DNA from: Felis catus
Taxonomy: Eukaryota
NCBI RefSeq assembly: GCF_018350175.1
Contig: NC_058376.1
Coordinates: 157,604,001 to 157,668,000, forward strand
Length of the DNA: 64,000 nt
Direction: 5' to 3'
Shown here: piece after piece, positions 61,150-64,000 of the stretch
Layout: each line of letters opens with the position of its first letter
Numbering within the stretch: position 1 is the stretch's first letter
The notes under the pieces: generated by a model
Seen by the model: only the letters and a program-made list of their open reading frames with translations
Database searches by the model: none
What the model was told of the DNA's origin: nothing
Program-made: the position numbers and the translations under genes

Positions 61150-62340
61150 CGAAAAATACAATAGACCAAAAGAACAAACAGAGGGCATAGAACTCGGGTC
61201 ATCTTTATATGGTAAACTGGTTCAATGATGAAGGTAGTGTCACAAAGCCGTGGGGTCAGGATGGATTGTTTAGTTGTGACAAGAAACAGGAGTTAAAAAA
61301 GGAGGAGTGTAATAAAGTAAGGCTACAGCCTGTCCTCATACCCTGACAGGGAAGACTCCAGATTGATTAAAGTTTTAGATGTAAAAGGGAAGATGGTAAG
61401 GCTAATAGAGGAACATGTATGAGAAAGATCTTCAGAGCCAAAGATGAGCAACCAGAAGGCAAATAAAGAACAATGGATCTAATTATATGAGGTAAAATGA
61501 TTTCTGTTTGGTAAACAAATATGAACAGGTATCAGCCTGGAAAAATATAGTCACCATGATCTAAAAAGGTAAAGAATTTTTATACTTTACAAAGAGCTCC
61601 TGCAAATTAATAAGAAAAGCACAAGAAACCTAATAGAGAGTGGGGAAAGGATATGTGTGGCCAATTCACAGGCGAGATCCTCAAACTCGTATTAATGCAG
61701 TCAGGTTAATGCAACTAAAACAGTGGACATAACATATTACACCCATCAGAACAGAGGATAAATAGAAAGGCAATCAACAATGAGGGCCCATGGTGTTGTG
61801 AGGAGATGGGAAATTCTGTTCACTGCCGGTGTTAGGGTGTACTGAGATGGTCACTCAGGGAACCTATCTGGCTTATGCCCTAGGACCGATGGCTCCTCTC
61901 CTAGATAATATCCTAAGGACCTGCTCAGATAGGGTTGCCGGGGGCATTTATAAGGATACTCACATCTGTGTTATCTGGTAGGAAAGAGTTGGAGGCAACC
62001 CAGGGGCGGGTCCTTGGACACACTGGATAACGTGATGTTATCCACAGGGCACACTCTTAAAACACAGTGCTGAGTGAAAAAAAGAAAGAAACAGCAAGTT
62101 TCAGTACCATATACACAAATTAAAACACAATAACACTATATTCTACAAAGAAGCATAACTTATCCAAGGGCTTTCATCCAACACGTTGAAGTGGATGCCT
62201 AGGGGAAGAAAGGAATAGAAGGAGAGATCAGTGATAAAAAGGAAGACAAATCAATAGGACAGGAGCAATGATTCCTACAGAGCAATGATGCTAATATGTT
62301 GTAACTTCAGTTCTTTCTACGCCTAAAATAATAAAAATAA
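61150..62340 (+). mobile_element. Very old LINE-1 (L1ME-like) ORF2 3' part
   Basis: A-rich; ATAGACCAA..GAACA; AAAGAGCTCCTGCAAATTAATAAGAAAAG; GGAAAGGATATG..CAATTCACAG. Confidence 0.75.
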
Positions 62341-64000
62341 TAGTTCCAAGCAGGGGAGGGGTTCTCACTAAGCCATGCCATACTACAGAAGCAGGTCCCC
62401 CGGGGAAGTCACTTTTCCCTGTCATGTTGGTTAGAAAATGTGAAGTGTTGACAGGTACCTAATGTCACCTGATTCTGTAAAACACTCTGAGACTTAAGAA
62501 GCACAGAAACAGAATAACCTGCATCTTAAAGAGGCCTCTTAAAGTAAATCCACTTAAAATGGGAACCAAATGTCATTTCAAGTAGTGAAAAAAAAATCAG
62601 AACAGCATCTTTTTAAGCTTCCAAAGTGAAACAAAACATTTCAGAGATGTTTTGTCTCCTGCCTTACACAACTGTACTATTAATGCAGTGCTGGTCTGCT
62701 GTATCGCCCGGAGCTGGCGGCCATGTGACAACTCTTTGTTAGATGAGCAAACGACAAATGATGACCGGCTCTTAGGACACAGGTGGAATCGAGTGTTACT
62801 TTTTTCTCCAGAGCTTGCCATCATTCTCTTTCTCAACTTTTAACTAGTTTAACTCTGCAAGATGTTTTGGTTTTGCTGGGTTTGCATGTGACTTTAGCGA
62901 TCTGTCACCTCACATTTATCAACCTTGTGATAGATAGGCACAGCCACTGTGATTTCTCTTCGCAATTGATCTGCATTATATCTGTAGGGCCGGCGTAGAC
63001 AGGGGCATTTCAACGGGAACCGATTACACAATTCCCTGCAGAGAGGAAGACTTATTCCCCCGGTGCTTGTAGTGTTGCCTAAGAATGTCTGTCCACTATC
63101 AGCCGTCCTGGGGATGTCTCAGGGGAGGAAAACTGCCTCCTCCAAGGACCCACTTCCTTCCAGGGGACAGTCTGTCAATGTTGAGAGATAGAGGTCTAAC
63201 CCACCCCCTTAAGCTGGGCAATTCTGCAGGGCCATCCCAGCTCCAGGGCGTGCTGAAGGGTCAGCTCAGGGTCTCCTTGGGACAGCGTCATGCCGGACTT
63301 CTTCCTCCGCCCACACCTGCGTCCACAACCCCCCTTCCTCGGGGGTTGATGCCCAGAGCCCTCCCCCGTGAGCCAGACCTGGCACAACATGTTTTCATGC
63401 TACATGTGGGCCTTCCCCTTGGGGCAAGGGAAGCCCCAGAGAGGGAAGCAGAGAGCACACAGTTTGTGGAGGGATGCTGCAGGCCAAAGCAGCGAGGGGA
63501 CTCATGGCTCAGCAGGGCTGTAACTGCACGAGTCTTCAGGGGGTAGGAGGCAGAGCTGATCCCCAAACTGTCGGAGAAACCTGGGTCTTGCCCTCCTGAA
63601 GCTTAATGATAGAAATAACTCATTGCCATTATTTTTGAGCACCTCAATACGCTCGGGTAAAATGATGCATTTCGCACCTGAAGGCAAAGTGGAAAGTTCT
63701 GACATCAAAGGCAGCCATGATAACAGACAAAGGCTAAGGACACATTGGCCACTGAGCCAAAAGCAAAAGTCCTGTTCCTTTCATAAGCTCAGCAGCTGAC
63801 TTCCTGTCTCGTGCCTTTGGCCCCCCGCAGTGATGCTGGCGAGAGCTGGAGTCAGCGACATCCCACTGCTGCCTTCCAAGCACTGCACGGAGAGCGTCTG
63901 TCACCAAGGAGGGCCTGCGGTCAGCTCTTTTCCACCCAAGTCGCTGGGAGGAGCTGAGGCCCTCGTGGGGGAGCTGAGGCAGGAGCACGGAAGAAGGGCG

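Noticed and set aside
1-64000. Prokaryote-style systems (CRISPR arrays, operons, IS elements) or horizontally transferred DNA
   Set aside because: No regularly spaced repeat-spacer array or gene-dense block is present; all recognisable content is mammalian repeat or regulatory-type DNA.

Overview
Non-coding mammalian genomic DNA from a felid (cat family). The assignment rests on tRNA-derived Can-SINEs of the SINEC_Fc type (head GGGGCGCCTGGGTGGCGCAGTCGGTTAAGC, CT-rich body, AATAAA/A tail); the species cannot be determined from the sequence. I found no recognisable host protein-coding exon, tRNA, rRNA, snRNA or CRISPR. ORFs in the track are chance frames, SINE translations, or decayed LINE-1 ORF1/ORF2 pieces. 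Bases 1-13 kb are AT-rich LINE debris. The remainder is GC-rich, with MIR, L2, MaLR/ERVL/ERV1 LTRs, DNA transposons, a 140-N assembly gap, and two CpG islands (~14.4-14.85 kb with a strong CTCF motif; ~52.85-53.96 kb with promoter-like architecture). Repeat subfamily names come from recalled consensus sequences, and most boundaries without a target-site duplication (TSD) are approximate. I cannot support a claim of a new biological system. The best leads are the orphan promoter-like island, a 63/66-bp direct repeat bracketing the CTCF island, two small inversions recorded in fossil LINEs, local CpG-gain or CpG-retention signatures, and a closely spaced inverted SINE pair.
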